From contig JAQUQR010000002.1 of the NCBI GenBank assembly GCA_028715985.1, forward strand, positions 19,718-83,717: DNA of 64,000 nucleotides, written 5' to 3'. Position 1 is the stretch's first letter, and each line of letters starts with the position of its first letter. Positions 20,390 through 29,185 of this stretch are shown here, one piece after another. Both the position numbers and the translations under genes were made by a program. The DNA comes from Methanocellales archaeon. GTDB lineage: Archaea > Halobacteriota > UBA148. A model generated the notes under the pieces. It ran no database searches. It was not told the origin of the DNA and worked only from the letters and a program-made list of their open reading frames with translations.

Positions 20390-21694
20390 ATGCCCGGTAT
20401 ATCGATCCATCTTGTGTTGGCATCAGTGCTTTTTGGCTTTTTGCTGGGCATTATCACTGGTTTAACTCCAGGACTTCATGTCAACAATATCGCATTGCTA
20501 CTTGTAGCATTTTCATCTTTTTTGCTTAAATTTGGGTTTACGCCCCTTTACATTGCGATCATCATCGTCGCGAATGCAGTGACACATACCTTCTTGGACT
20601 TTGTTCCATCGACATTTCTGGGTGCACCTGAGGCAGATACCGCGCTTGCTGTGCTTCCTGGACATAGGTTGTTGCTAGAGGGGCACGGCATGGAGGCGAT
20701 CAGATTATCCGCATTAGGTAGCGCTGGCTCTGTTGTAGTATCACTATTGCTAGTACTCCCTCTTGCCATCTTGTTCAAAAATACATATGATGCAATCAGC
20801 CAGTATATGGGCTGGATCCTGCTTTTCATAGTGATAATCATGATAGGGACGGAATGTGGAGATGGGACTAAAGGCCCATTTGAGCATTTAAGGTATAAGG
20901 TATTTGCAATAGTAGTCTTCCTTATATCCGGATGGCTGGGCATCTTCTCGTTCACAAGAGGTTTTTTGATGGCACCGATTATAAAGTTCGGCGAACCATC
21001 CATATTGCTCCCATTGCTCTCAGGACTGTTTGGAGCGAGCATGCTTCTGATCAGCCTGCTCACCAAAACGGAAGTTCCAGCTCAAATAAGGACAGGGTTC
21101 AAGCTGCCTAAAGAAAAGATTGCAAGAGGTATTTTCACCGGAAGTTTGGCTGGCTCACTCGTGTCATGGCTACCAGGCGTATCATCGGCAGTTGCAACGG
21201 TGGTGGCACGCCTGATGATTCGTGAAGATCATGAAGAAGACTCTGCGCGAGAGTTCATCGTTGCAGTCAGTGGAGTTAATACATCCAATGCGATCTTCAG
21301 CCTCATAGCACTATATGTAATCCAACGTGCACGGAGTGGGGCCATGGTTGCAGTCAATAGCATCATCCCTAGTGGATGGAATTTATCGTTGGTAGTGCTC
21401 TTTTTAATTGTGATTGTGGGCGTTTCAATCGCCTCTTATTTCGTGACTATTTTTATAGGGGATTATGCTTCTATGGCTTTAGCTCACTTGAATTACTCAA
21501 AGCTCTGTGCGATGGTGCTAATCGGTCTGGGTGTTATGACGATTTTATTTACCGGATTAGTTGGAATGATAATTTTCGCGGTTGCCACACTGATCGGATT
21601 ACTTCCTTCTTATTTAAGGGTCAAAAAAACCCATGCAATGGGCGTGCTACTATTTCCATTGATCTTATACTTTTTCGGTTGGTTTACATGGTAG
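20390..21694 (+). CDS. Polytopic membrane protein, TctA/DUF112-like
   Basis: 434 aa with at least 10 hydrophobic segments and the N-terminal motif GLTPGLHVNN. The family assignment is from memory only. Confidence 0.5.
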   Translation: MPGISIHLVLASVLFGFLLGIITGLTPGLHVNNIALLLVAFSSFLLKFGFTPLYIAIIIVANAVTHTFLDFVPSTFLGAPEADTALAVLPGHRLLLEGHGMEAIRLSALGSAGSVVVSLLLVLPLAILFKNTYDAISQYMGWILLFIVIIMIGTECGDGTKGPFEHLRYKVFAIVVFLISGWLGIFSFTRGFLMAPIIKFGEPSILLPLLSGLFGASMLLISLLTKTEVPAQIRTGFKLPKEKIARGIFTGSLAGSLVSWLPGVSSAVATVVARLMIREDHEEDSAREFIVAVSGVNTSNAIFSLIALYVIQRARSGAMVAVNSIIPSGWNLSLVVLFLIVIVGVSIASYFVTIFIGDYASMALAHLNYSKLCAMVLIGLGVMTILFTGLVGMIIFAVATLIGLLPSYLRVKKTHAMGVLLFPLILYFFGWFTW

Positions 21695-21791
21695 ATGGCC
21701 CCCAAATTAATCCGATTAATCGTAAACAGCGCAAAACCATAAATAGGAAGGAGACATTACGTACCTTCAAGGGGATTTTAGGAGGCAAAAC

Positions 21792-22103
21792 ATGGCAGAA
21801 AGAGTAAGAAATAATTTTGGTTTGATAGAGAATGGGGAAGAAGTTGGCACATTCAGTGGACATCAACCACGAGATGCTGCTTTGAAGTGCGCATCAAGAG
21901 GGAAGACAAAGATAGTTCTCAGGGAGAAGGGTACTAAAAGGCTTCATCTGTTCACAGGCTCGAGAGAGAAGGTTACAGCCCCGGCCAGAAAACCAAGTTG
22001 GTTGCCCGGCATGGTATGGAAGCCCAATGTCAAGAAGGTCGGAGTCAGACACCTGAAATACAACGAGCTATCAAGGAATTCACCGGATATCTTCAGGTTT
22101 TAA
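21792..22103 (+). CDS. Chromosomal protein MC1
   Basis: 103 aa. It aligns by eye to Methanosarcina MC1: NNFGL..G.E.G.FSGHQPRDAALKCASRG...LREKGTKRLHLF...APARKPSWLPG...KPNVKK. An RBS (taggagg) lies upstream. Confidence 0.85.
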   Translation: MAERVRNNFGLIENGEEVGTFSGHQPRDAALKCASRGKTKIVLREKGTKRLHLFTGSREKVTAPARKPSWLPGMVWKPNVKKVGVRHLKYNELSRNSPDIFRF

Positions 22104-22120
22104 GTTAGGTTATATAACCT

Positions 22121-22160
22121 CTCTTTTTTTTCTTTTTTTATTTTCTTTTATTTTATTTCT
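22121..22160. terminator. Oligo-T tract between the convergent MC1 gene and tRNA-Ile
   Basis: The sequence is ctcttttttttctttttttattttcttttattttatttct. Archaeal termination typically uses T-runs. Confidence 0.5.
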
Positions 22161-22175
22161 GAGCACAAGAATTTA

Positions 22176-22270
22176 TGGGCCCGGGGCGATTCGAACGCCC
22201 GACCTCACGGTTATCAGCCGTGCGCACATTGCTTCTTTGAGAAGATCCAACCAGGCTAAGCTACGGGCCC
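22176..22270 (-). tRNA. tRNA-Ile(GAU) with a 20-nt non-canonical intron in the D-arm (intron 22226-22245)
   Basis: Removing UCUUCUCAAAGAAGCAAUGU yields a perfect 75-nt cloverleaf: GGGCCCG UA GCUU AGCCUGGUUG GAGC G CACGG CUGAUAA CCGUG AGGUC GGGCG UUCGAAU CGCCC CGGGCCC A. The junctions fold as BHB. Confidence 0.8.
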
Positions 22271-22364
22271 CAATACCCTAATGCCAATAAAATGTGATAA
22301 TCTCCGTCTTAAAGGTTTCCTTGCACCGATAGGTTTATCTCATGTCTCTGGTCAAAATACACTG

Positions 22365-22436
22365 GGGCCGGTAGATCAGTGGTAGATCGCTACCTTGGCA
22401 TGGTAGAGGCCTCGGGTTCAAATCCCGACCGGTCCA
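22365..22436 (+). tRNA. tRNA-Ala(GGC)
   Basis: I folded the cloverleaf by hand. The anticodon loop is UUGGCAU, and the G3:U70 identity pair is present. Confidence 0.85.
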
Positions 22437-22440
22437 TGAG

Positions 22441-22821
22441 ATGCAGAGAGAGGAAAAAGTAGTTGTAATTTTGCTAATGATGGTGCTGTTGTCGCTTGGA
22501 ATATTATATCTCATCTTACCAGGACCTGAAGATATCGCAGATCGTGCCACGCTCTTTTCAAGAGAGTCCACGCTGGGAACGGAGGTGTACACAGAAGGAA
22601 TTGTATTTGACAAGCGAGTCACAGATGGGGATCACTTAATACTTTGGATAGGCCCAGAGAGAACTAAGGTGTTCATCTCCCATGATGTCGGTGCCGCAGA
22701 AGTTGCCAAGATGATAGAAAAGGGAGATTTGGTTCGCATATATGGCATAGTCGCAGAATATGAAGGTGAAATCGAAATAGATGTGAAGAGCAAAGCACAT
22801 ATAATACCCAAAGTTTTATGA
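22441..22821 (+). CDS. Membrane-anchored OB-fold-like protein, unknown function
   Basis: 126 aa: an N-terminal TM helix, then a beta-rich segment ending ...LVRIYGIVAEYEGEIEID, typical of OB/tRNA_anti-like folds. It sits between tRNA genes. Confidence 0.5.
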   Translation: MQREEKVVVILLMMVLLSLGILYLILPGPEDIADRATLFSRESTLGTEVYTEGIVFDKRVTDGDHLILWIGPERTKVFISHDVGAAEVAKMIEKGDLVRIYGIVAEYEGEIEIDVKSKAHIIPKVL

Positions 22822-22849
22822 TTCCTCGTGTACCACTCAAGATACGCTT

Positions 22850-22923
22850 GGGCTCGTGGTCTAGTTGGTTATGACGTCGCCTTGACATGGCGGAGGTCCT
22901 GAGTTCGAATCTCAGCGGGCCCA
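22850..22923 (+). tRNA. tRNA-Val(GAC)
   Basis: Hand-folded. Acceptor stem GGGCUCG/CGGGCCC, anticodon loop UUGACAU, T-loop UUCGAAU. Confidence 0.85.
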
Positions 22924-22938
22924 TAAGCAACATCGCAA

Positions 22939-23044
22939 GCTCCGGTAGTGTAGTCCGGCCAATCATTCCGGCCTTTCGAGCAACCTTTTGCAGCTAAAAG
23001 GGCAAAGACAGCCGAAGACCCGGGTTCGAATCCCGGCCGGAGCA
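22939..23044 (+). tRNA. tRNA-Glu(UUC) with a canonical 31-nt intron at 37/38 (22979-23009)
   Basis: The exons give a 75-nt cloverleaf with anticodon loop CUUUCGA. The BHB central helix is CUUU/AAAG, flanked by 3-nt bulges, and the intron forms an inner hairpin CCUUUU/AAAAGG. Confidence 0.85.
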
Positions 23045-23046
23045 TC

Positions 23047-24029
23047 CTAAGAGGATAATCGAGAAATTCACTTCACAACGTTTGGATGGGTTGAGAAGAT
23101 TTCCAGAATTCTATCGATAGTGCTTATCTTTGCCTCTTTTGCAAATAATTGTACTTCATAAGCATCCAAATGTCCATCCATATTCATATCTGCCTTTCTT
23201 AGGTCAGAAACTTCTTTTAATGCAATGCCCTGGAAGGGTCTGTGGCAAAGAAGGCTTTCATGCCTTCGATGCTTTTTAGACTGTCCTTGTCAATTCTAGT
23301 ACTGGAAACTATCTTGTAGAGGGTTGACGCCAAAGTGTATGGCTTTCCAGTCAACTCAGCGCTTCCTTGATCAGCATAATACTCTCTTATCCTGCTGGCA
23401 TAGAGGACGATCAGATTAGTTAGAAGATACGCGAAAAAGGCCACCAGTGCAATTATCATGGCTGCTGAGGCATCCCTTCTCCTCTTCATGCCTGAGAACA
23501 AGAAACTATAGAAGACGAAATAACAGATCATAGGTATCACGCTCAACGCTGTGATAACCACGACATCCCTATGCTGGATATGGGATAGTTCGTGTCCTAA
23601 AACTGCCTTGAGTTAGCCATCATTCAACCTGTTCAAAAGGTCCTTTGTCACGCACACCCTGACATCTCTTTTCGTCCTACCAAAGGCGAATGCGTTGGGA
23701 ATTGGAACCGAAGATACCCCTTTTGGCTTTTTCATTCTTGATTCATAGGATAACTCATCCACTATGGCATGGAGGCGCGGATTTTCAGAAGGGGAAACAT
23801 ATTTAACTCCCATAAATCGTTCGACCATTTTCGGACCAATAATGAATTGAAATCCAACGAGGATAAAAGCAAACAGTGCATAGAAAATGGGTGTGCCTGC
23901 CCCTGCGAGATAACCGATAGCACTCAATAGAGCAAAGAGAGCAGCGCACATAAAAACTATACATAGAGCCATCCTCACCCTAAGCCAAATGATTCGCATT
24001 TTTTGTCTACCTCTCTGGTTGAGTGTCAA
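23047..24029 (-). pseudogene. htpX: HtpX-like M48 zinc metalloprotease, disrupted
   Basis: There is an in-frame TAA at 23613-23615, immediately before LKAVLGHELSHIQHRD (the HExxH motif), where homologs have Glu. There is a frameshift near 23217-23260, after which ...LRKADMNMDGHLD...ILEIFSTHPNVVK continues in another frame. The TGA at 23068-23070 is followed by ISRLSS*, which looks like the usual C-terminal tail. Confidence 0.7.
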
Positions 24030-24082
24030 TCACCTATCACATATAATAACTATATATTAAGATTACCCCCATAAGAGGATAT

Positions 24083-24601
24083 ATGATATCCCTCGAGGAA
24101 CTGGCAGGAGTCGTTGAGGTGCTGGGCATCACAAACGAGGAGGAATTGTATGCCATTTTCAAAGAATTGATATTCTCCAGAGAAGGTAGGATCCCTTCCC
24201 GCAAAAAGGTAAAGGAAGTAATTGGGCGCGCCATAAAAGAGCACTGGATTGAAGCTGTTCATGGATCAGAACTGATAGTTGGCCCCTGTGCATTTCCAGA
24301 AGTGCCTGATGATCTGAGCGAGGTAATAGATATCCTTGAGATAGATGTTAATAGGAAGATCGAATGGGATGCGTCTGCAAAAATAGCAGAGCTGAAAAGC
24401 GAGGTCGAGACTTTTTCTAAAAGGATAGATGCCCAGATGGAAAGAGAGGCTTCCAAAAAGCAGATAATAGAATTGAAAAATGAATATCAGCGCCTTATGG
24501 GGTTATGCTATGACTTTGAGTTCTGGCTGACCACTGATCTCACCACGATAAAGGCAGAATTAAGAGCGTTGAGTCAAAAGCTGGAAAGCTTAAAAACATA
24601 G
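24083..24601 (+). CDS. Hypothetical protein with a C-terminal coiled coil
   Basis: 172-aa ORF with normal composition. I recognised no motif. Confidence 0.5.
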   Translation: MISLEELAGVVEVLGITNEEELYAIFKELIFSREGRIPSRKKVKEVIGRAIKEHWIEAVHGSELIVGPCAFPEVPDDLSEVIDILEIDVNRKIEWDASAKIAELKSEVETFSKRIDAQMEREASKKQIIELKNEYQRLMGLCYDFEFWLTTDLTTIKAELRALSQKLESLKT

Positions 24602-24618
24602 GCAAACATCTTTCAATC

Positions 24619-25203
24619 ATGCCACGCAAAAGAGAAGACTATTTTTATCGGAAGGCAAAGATGGAGGGGTATAGGTCCAGAGCATCATATAAGCTTCAGC
24701 AGATCAATGCCAAGTACAACGTGATACGACCCGGCAATATCGTAGTTGACCTCGGTGCAGCTCCTGGAGGATGGCTTCAAGTAGCCAAAGAAATTTCAGG
24801 CGGTTTTGTCATTGGAGTTGACATACAAGAAATTGAACCCATAGAAGGCGTGGAAACCCTGATAGGAGATATAACCTCTCCCAATACTCTACAGAAAATA
24901 CAGGGCATAATCAAGAAGACGGGTGGCGCTGATGTCGTCATATGCGATGCATCCCCTAACCTATCTGGCAACTGGAGTTTAGACCATGCGAGGTCCGTCG
25001 ACCTGTGTAATTCGGCTTTAAACATTGCCATAAAGATACTAAAACCAGGTGGAAATTTCGTTGTGAAAGTGTTTCAAGGTGATATGTTCTCTGATTTTCT
25101 TGCCGCGGTCAAAAAACATTTCAGCTTCGCTAAGGCATATGGTCCCAAGGCTTCCAGGAAGGAGAGCGCTGAAATCTATGTCATTGGCAAAGGATTCTTT
25201 TGA
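24619..25203 (+). CDS. rlmE: 23S rRNA 2'-O-ribose methyltransferase RlmE/FtsJ
   Basis: RSRASYKLQQIN...VVDLGAAPGGWLQV...DASPNLSG...KVFQG. Confidence 0.9.
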   Translation: MPRKREDYFYRKAKMEGYRSRASYKLQQINAKYNVIRPGNIVVDLGAAPGGWLQVAKEISGGFVIGVDIQEIEPIEGVETLIGDITSPNTLQKIQGIIKKTGGADVVICDASPNLSGNWSLDHARSVDLCNSALNIAIKILKPGGNFVVKVFQGDMFSDFLAAVKKHFSFAKAYGPKASRKESAEIYVIGKGFF

Positions 25204-26311
25204 TCTCCTCCAGTGGAGCATCTGTCTTAAAGGATGTTCCAAAAAAGTGTGTTCTAGATGCTTGAAAACCTGCCTCTTGTAGTTGGAAGATAGTTCTGTC
25301 TAAGGTAGGCGGCGTAATTCTCAAAGCCTTACAGAACTTATGTTGATCATAATGAGTGGGGATATCCAGTTCATCCCCGCAAAGGCGCACGATCTTTAGT
25401 GCCTGCTCCTTTGTTCCAAACTCCCTATTCCTGAGTTCAGATAAAACAACTTTGCAGAATTTCTTGTCATGCAAACTACCCAACCAAAGAGGACCTGCCA
25501 AACTTGTGGACGAGCTACAATGGGGGCAATCCTTGACCATATGAACTGCCAAGCCAGAATTCCAACCTCTTTGACCACAAGAGAGACAATGATATATGAA
25601 GCCCATTTGTTTTAGCATATTATTTGCATTGGAAGCACCTTTTTTTAGGGATACATACGCTCTGTAATAGTGATCGGTGGCATGCGCCAGCAAAGAGTTC
25701 ATGGATTTGTCATATTTAGCTAGGTTCCTAGCTATGGCTCCAAGCAGAATACGTATGCCCATCTCTGCGTGATATTCTGTTTTCAAGGGGAAGGCGCCAT
25801 ACTTTCTAATGCCAGAGGCTTTGTGAGCGCCACAGAGGGGCGCTGTATCAGTGGCCGTTACGCAAAGCATCTTGTCCGCTGATCTACAGGCAGAGTCCAA
25901 GAAAGGCGCTGGTGAACCAAACGGATCAATATCGACAATATCGAAATGTGACTCAGAAAGCAGTACGTTCGCATTTTTTCTCTCTGCCTTGGCATCCAGC
26001 TTATTCAACCCAATGTTTTTTACTATCAGCTCATAAGCCTTGAAGTTCCAGTCATTGATGGTGGTGTCCAAGTGGAGTTCGTTTGCCACTCGCACCCCCC
26101 TAATGCCAGTCGCACCAAGTGCATCTACATAGGAGTCCCGATCGCCTGCAAATGCGGCAATGCATGCTGTGCTGATGTCTCTTGAAAGCTCCATTTTGGG
26201 ATTGTAGAACACAGGCGTCTTGGATGGGTGATATTTCTCTCTATCCAATACTGGAACCATGATTTGAGTCGTGCCCTCTTTGATGATTTCTGTCTGCATG
26301 TTTTCGCCCAT
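25181..26311 (-). CDS. trm1: tRNA (guanine26-N2)-dimethyltransferase Trm1
   Basis: 376 aa with VFYNPKMELSRD, ALGATGIRGVR, DIDPFGSPAPFLD, and a Cys4 cluster. Confidence 0.9.
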   Translation of the reverse strand: MGENMQTEIIKEGTTQIMVPVLDREKYHPSKTPVFYNPKMELSRDISTACIAAFAGDRDSYVDALGATGIRGVRVANELHLDTTINDWNFKAYELIVKNIGLNKLDAKAERKNANVLLSESHFDIVDIDPFGSPAPFLDSACRSADKMLCVTATDTAPLCGAHKASGIRKYGAFPLKTEYHAEMGIRILLGAIARNLAKYDKSMNSLLAHATDHYYRAYVSLKKGASNANNMLKQMGFIYHCLSCGQRGWNSGLAVHMVKDCPHCSSSTSLAGPLWLGSLHDKKFCKVVLSELRNREFGTKEQALKIVRLCGDELDIPTHYDQHKFCKALRITPPTLDRTIFQLQEAGFQASRTHFFGTSFKTDAPLEEIKRILCQ

Positions 26312-26523
26312 ATTTTATCCTATTTAATGATTTTAATTAACTATCCTTGATATTTCTTCCGTAGATAGAAGTGTGGTTTCTAGGGTAATTAATAAATTTT
26401 AAGTCTTAAAAAGATGGCTAAAATAAAAAGAGTGAAAGCGTTTTTCAACTTTTGAAAATGCATTTATTTAATATATGACAAAAATTTTTAAATAAAAGTT
26501 TAATATTAATAGTTCACAAGGAA

Positions 26524-26751
26524 GTGACATGTATGAAAGCAGAGGTGATTGATAAATTAGCAGCTTTGATAACTGCTGCCTTTGGATTGGTGGCAGCCCT
26601 TGCTTGGAATGATACGATTAAGGCAATTTTTCAACATGTCTTTGGAACGGCAGAAACCATTAGTGCAATGTTGGCCTATTCAACTATTGTAACCCTCCTA
26701 GCAGTATTCGCAACAATCCAAATAGGAAAAGCTGCTGAAAAAGCAAAATAG
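26524..26751 (+). CDS. Small two-TM membrane protein (DUF5654-like)
   Basis: KLAALITAAFGLVAALAWNDTIKAIF is reminiscent of a small family conserved in archaea. The start could instead be ATG 26533. Confidence 0.5.
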   Translation: MTCMKAEVIDKLAALITAAFGLVAALAWNDTIKAIFQHVFGTAETISAMLAYSTIVTLLAVFATIQIGKAAEKAK

Positions 26752-26874
26752 TTTTTTTGTATTTTCAAAAAAAACTATTCTGATTGAATCAGCTTGGCTT
26801 TGAAAATTGCACTTTTTACAATTCCCCTCAAGGAAAACCAAATTAAAAACTAAATTCAACTTAATTTTGTCATC

Positions 26875-27630
26875 CTATATGCCTGAGAAAATCTTATCCC
26901 TTATTTCATTCGTTACTTCAAAAGGATATTTCTTTGCACTCTTTATAAATCCTTCAAATGCAGAAATTGCGTTTATTGCTTCCGTTTTGTTTGGATTATA
27001 TCCTTGGTGCTTTATTTTATTATCAACCTCTACAACATGTTTAATTAGTTCTTGGAGATACTCTTTAGGTCCGATACCATGTGCAACACAAATATCAAGA
27101 ATTTTTCTCGTATTAATCTTTCTGATAGTCATTGGAATATCAAGCTCATCTTTCAAAGCTAATTCAACACCAGTATTGAGTTTACTTATTACAGATGAAA
27201 AATCTTCATTTTCGAAAGAGATTCCCGCTTCTTTTAATTTATCTTCAGCGTTTTCCAGTATTTTTTTGGTCTCAACTATTTCTGGAAAATTTATAGATAA
27301 CAACTTTAAAATGTGGTTTAAAGAATTTTCTACCTCATTTTGATAGAAAAGGCCTATTTTAAGGTTATGTTGGTGATTTGAAATTAATCGCTCTAAGTAA
27401 ACAGCATGATCTGGGAGTAGTTTTTTTGCATTAATCAATATATCAAGATACTTAGATACAAGACTCTCTTTGGAAGCTATCAAACCTACATAACTAATTT
27501 TACCTATCTCTTCGAGACAATCTTCTATCAAGATTTTTAGTTTTTTATTATCCACATTCCGTATGTATTCATTTAACAATATAATACTTATGCGGGCATT
27601 TTTGATAGAGACAGAAATAGATAGGCACAC
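26875..27630 (-). CDS. All-alpha protein of unknown function, with a HEPN-like C-terminal half
   Basis: 251-aa ORF in an AT-rich islet. The C-terminal region ...NAEDKLKEAGISFENEDFSSVISKLNTGVELALKD...VDNKIKHQGYNPNKTEAINAISAFEGFI resembles HEPN helices, but it has D where the Rx4-6H arginine is expected. GTG start. The opposing ORF 26807-27343 is S/F-rich and looks antisense. Confidence 0.45.
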   Translation of the reverse strand: MCLSISVSIKNARISIILLNEYIRNVDNKKLKILIEDCLEEIGKISYVGLIASKESLVSKYLDILINAKKLLPDHAVYLERLISNHQHNLKIGLFYQNEVENSLNHILKLLSINFPEIVETKKILENAEDKLKEAGISFENEDFSSVISKLNTGVELALKDELDIPMTIRKINTRKILDICVAHGIGPKEYLQELIKHVVEVDNKIKHQGYNPNKTEAINAISAFEGFIKSAKKYPFEVTNEIRDKIFSGI

Positions 27631-27672
27631 ATAAATACCCCCTCGTAATAGTAACTAATTAATGGTGGCACC

Positions 27673-28254
27673 ATGAGTATTGAAGAACAAATTAATGATA
27701 CCGTAAGAAAGAGTTTCAATATCTTCAAGAATAACTATGTGGCTCTGATCATTGGCACCTTGGTTGCACTTGTTGGAATGGTCTTAATCATCACAATTCC
27801 TCCGCTAATTTTCGGGATTTATTACATGTGCCTACAGATAATAAAAGGAGAGAAGGTGGAGATTTCTGATGTTTTCAAAGGCTTCAATTATTTTTTCACA
27901 AGCTGGGGGTTGATACTTGTCGCTTCTCTGGCAGTAGTTGCCGGCTTGGCCTTGTTGGTGATTCCTGGAATACTTTTGGCGGTGCTTTTCCAATACGCCA
28001 TTCCTTTAGCGATACTTGAGGATCAGGGTGCGATTAATTCGCTCAAGAGAAGTTATGCAATAGGAAAAGAGAATTTCGCTTTTTCATTAGTTATCTGGAT
28101 TTTGTTGTCAGTGATAAGCGCTTTTGGATGTCTCACGCGCATTGGTGTATTGCTTACGGTTCCTTTCACCGCACTCTGTATTTGCATAGCTACCCATAAA
28201 TTGACTGCAAAGACGGAAGAAACTGCAAAGACTGAGGACACTGAAGCCACTTAA
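27673..28254 (+). CDS. Membrane protein (DUF975-like), 4-5 TM
   Basis: 193 aa with hydrophobic segments and a charged KTEETAKTEDTEAT tail. Confidence 0.5.
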   Translation: MSIEEQINDTVRKSFNIFKNNYVALIIGTLVALVGMVLIITIPPLIFGIYYMCLQIIKGEKVEISDVFKGFNYFFTSWGLILVASLAVVAGLALLVIPGILLAVLFQYAIPLAILEDQGAINSLKRSYAIGKENFAFSLVIWILLSVISAFGCLTRIGVLLTVPFTALCICIATHKLTAKTEETAKTEDTEAT

Positions 28255-28369
28255 CTCCTGTGCCTTTCCTTGAATTGACGGAACCCAAACTTACTTAGCT
28301 TAGAATTTTTTTTTCGCCGTGTTCAATAATCCACAAAATTTTTTATATTGGAGAGTCCTACAGCTCCAT

Positions 28370-28519
28370 ATGGCAAAATGTCCCCATTGCAAACTGGAAG
28401 TCACTTTTGACAATTTGAAGATGAATCAAAAAGGTAGGGGTTTCTTAAGGCAAGATTCAATGTATATTTGTCCTCACTGCGATTGTATTATTGCAATTAG
28501 CAGAGGGAAGTATAGTTAA
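28370..28519 (+). CDS. Small zinc-ribbon protein
   Basis: MAKCPHCKLE...YICPHCDC carries two CxxC pairs. I chose the internal ATG. Confidence 0.45.
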   Translation: MAKCPHCKLEVTFDNLKMNQKGRGFLRQDSMYICPHCDCIIAISRGKYS

Positions 28520-28550
28520 ATTTCGACTCCTACAACAGCAAAAACAAAAA

Positions 28551-28958
28551 TTAATAGAATCTTAATAATGTTTTGTAGGTTGCCATATAGATCACCAACA
28601 TTATACACACCAGATAGCTCATAAACAGGTGATAGGGCGTTGTAATTGGCCTTATTCCGTCAGCGATCATAATCGCAAATGCTAAAATAAAAAAGCACAG
28701 GAATACAAACCGTAATGATTTCGCGGCAACAAACTCCATTCTTTCGTCAATTACCCTTTCTTTTTTGTGCACCAACAATCTTACCGTTGCAATGATGATG
28801 CCAATAAAACCCACATATATAAGCCATGTACCTACAGAATCATATATCTGGAAATCAGAACTTCCCAGATTAAAGTGATTAAGCAATAGTCCGAGCGCGA
28901 TACAAGCTAATGCAATTGAATACATTATAGTTACTCTCGTTTTATTTTTCATTTGCAT
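28551..28958 (-). CDS. Four-TM membrane protein (DUF2178-like), downstream of the XRE regulator
   Basis: 135 aa and hydrophobic. It lies 11 nt downstream of the HTH gene on the same strand, a pairing I recall as common. Confidence 0.55.
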   Translation of the reverse strand: MQMKNKTRVTIMYSIALACIALGLLLNHFNLGSSDFQIYDSVGTWLIYVGFIGIIIATVRLLVHKKERVIDERMEFVAAKSLRFVFLCFFILAFAIMIADGIRPITTPYHLFMSYLVCIMLVIYMATYKTLLRFY

Positions 28959-28969
28959 GTTATTACCTC

Positions 28970-29167
28970 CTAAATGCCAAACAAGTCTTCAACTGTGCAT
29001 TTGAATTGCTCAGCAAATTTCAATGCAAGTTCCAGGGAGGGAGTGTATTTTCCATTTTCTATGGATATTATCGTTTGTCTTGTCACGCTAACTTTTTCAG
29101 CCAGTTTTTCTTGGCTTAATCTGGCCTTGTTTCTGAATTCCCTCAACTTGTTCTTTGTTAATGGCAT
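28970..29167 (-). CDS. XRE-family helix-turn-helix transcriptional regulator
   Basis: 65 aa: LREFRNKARLSQEKLAEKVSVTRQTIISIENGKYTPSLELALKFAEQF. Confidence 0.85.
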   Translation of the reverse strand: MPLTKNKLREFRNKARLSQEKLAEKVSVTRQTIISIENGKYTPSLELALKFAEQFKCTVEDLFGI

Positions 29168-29185
29168 TTGTAAAGTCTACTATAC

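Noticed and set aside
22335-22966. Minus-strand ORFs 22335-22622 and 22673-22966
   Set aside because: They run antisense across tRNA-Ala, tRNA-Val and tRNA-Glu and the OB-fold gene, so they are not credible coding regions.
23613-23615. The in-frame stop in htpX as possible pyrrolysine or programmed recoding
   Set aside because: The codon is TAA, not TAG (Pyl) or TGA (Sec). The gene also has a frameshift, so pseudogenisation or error is the simpler explanation.
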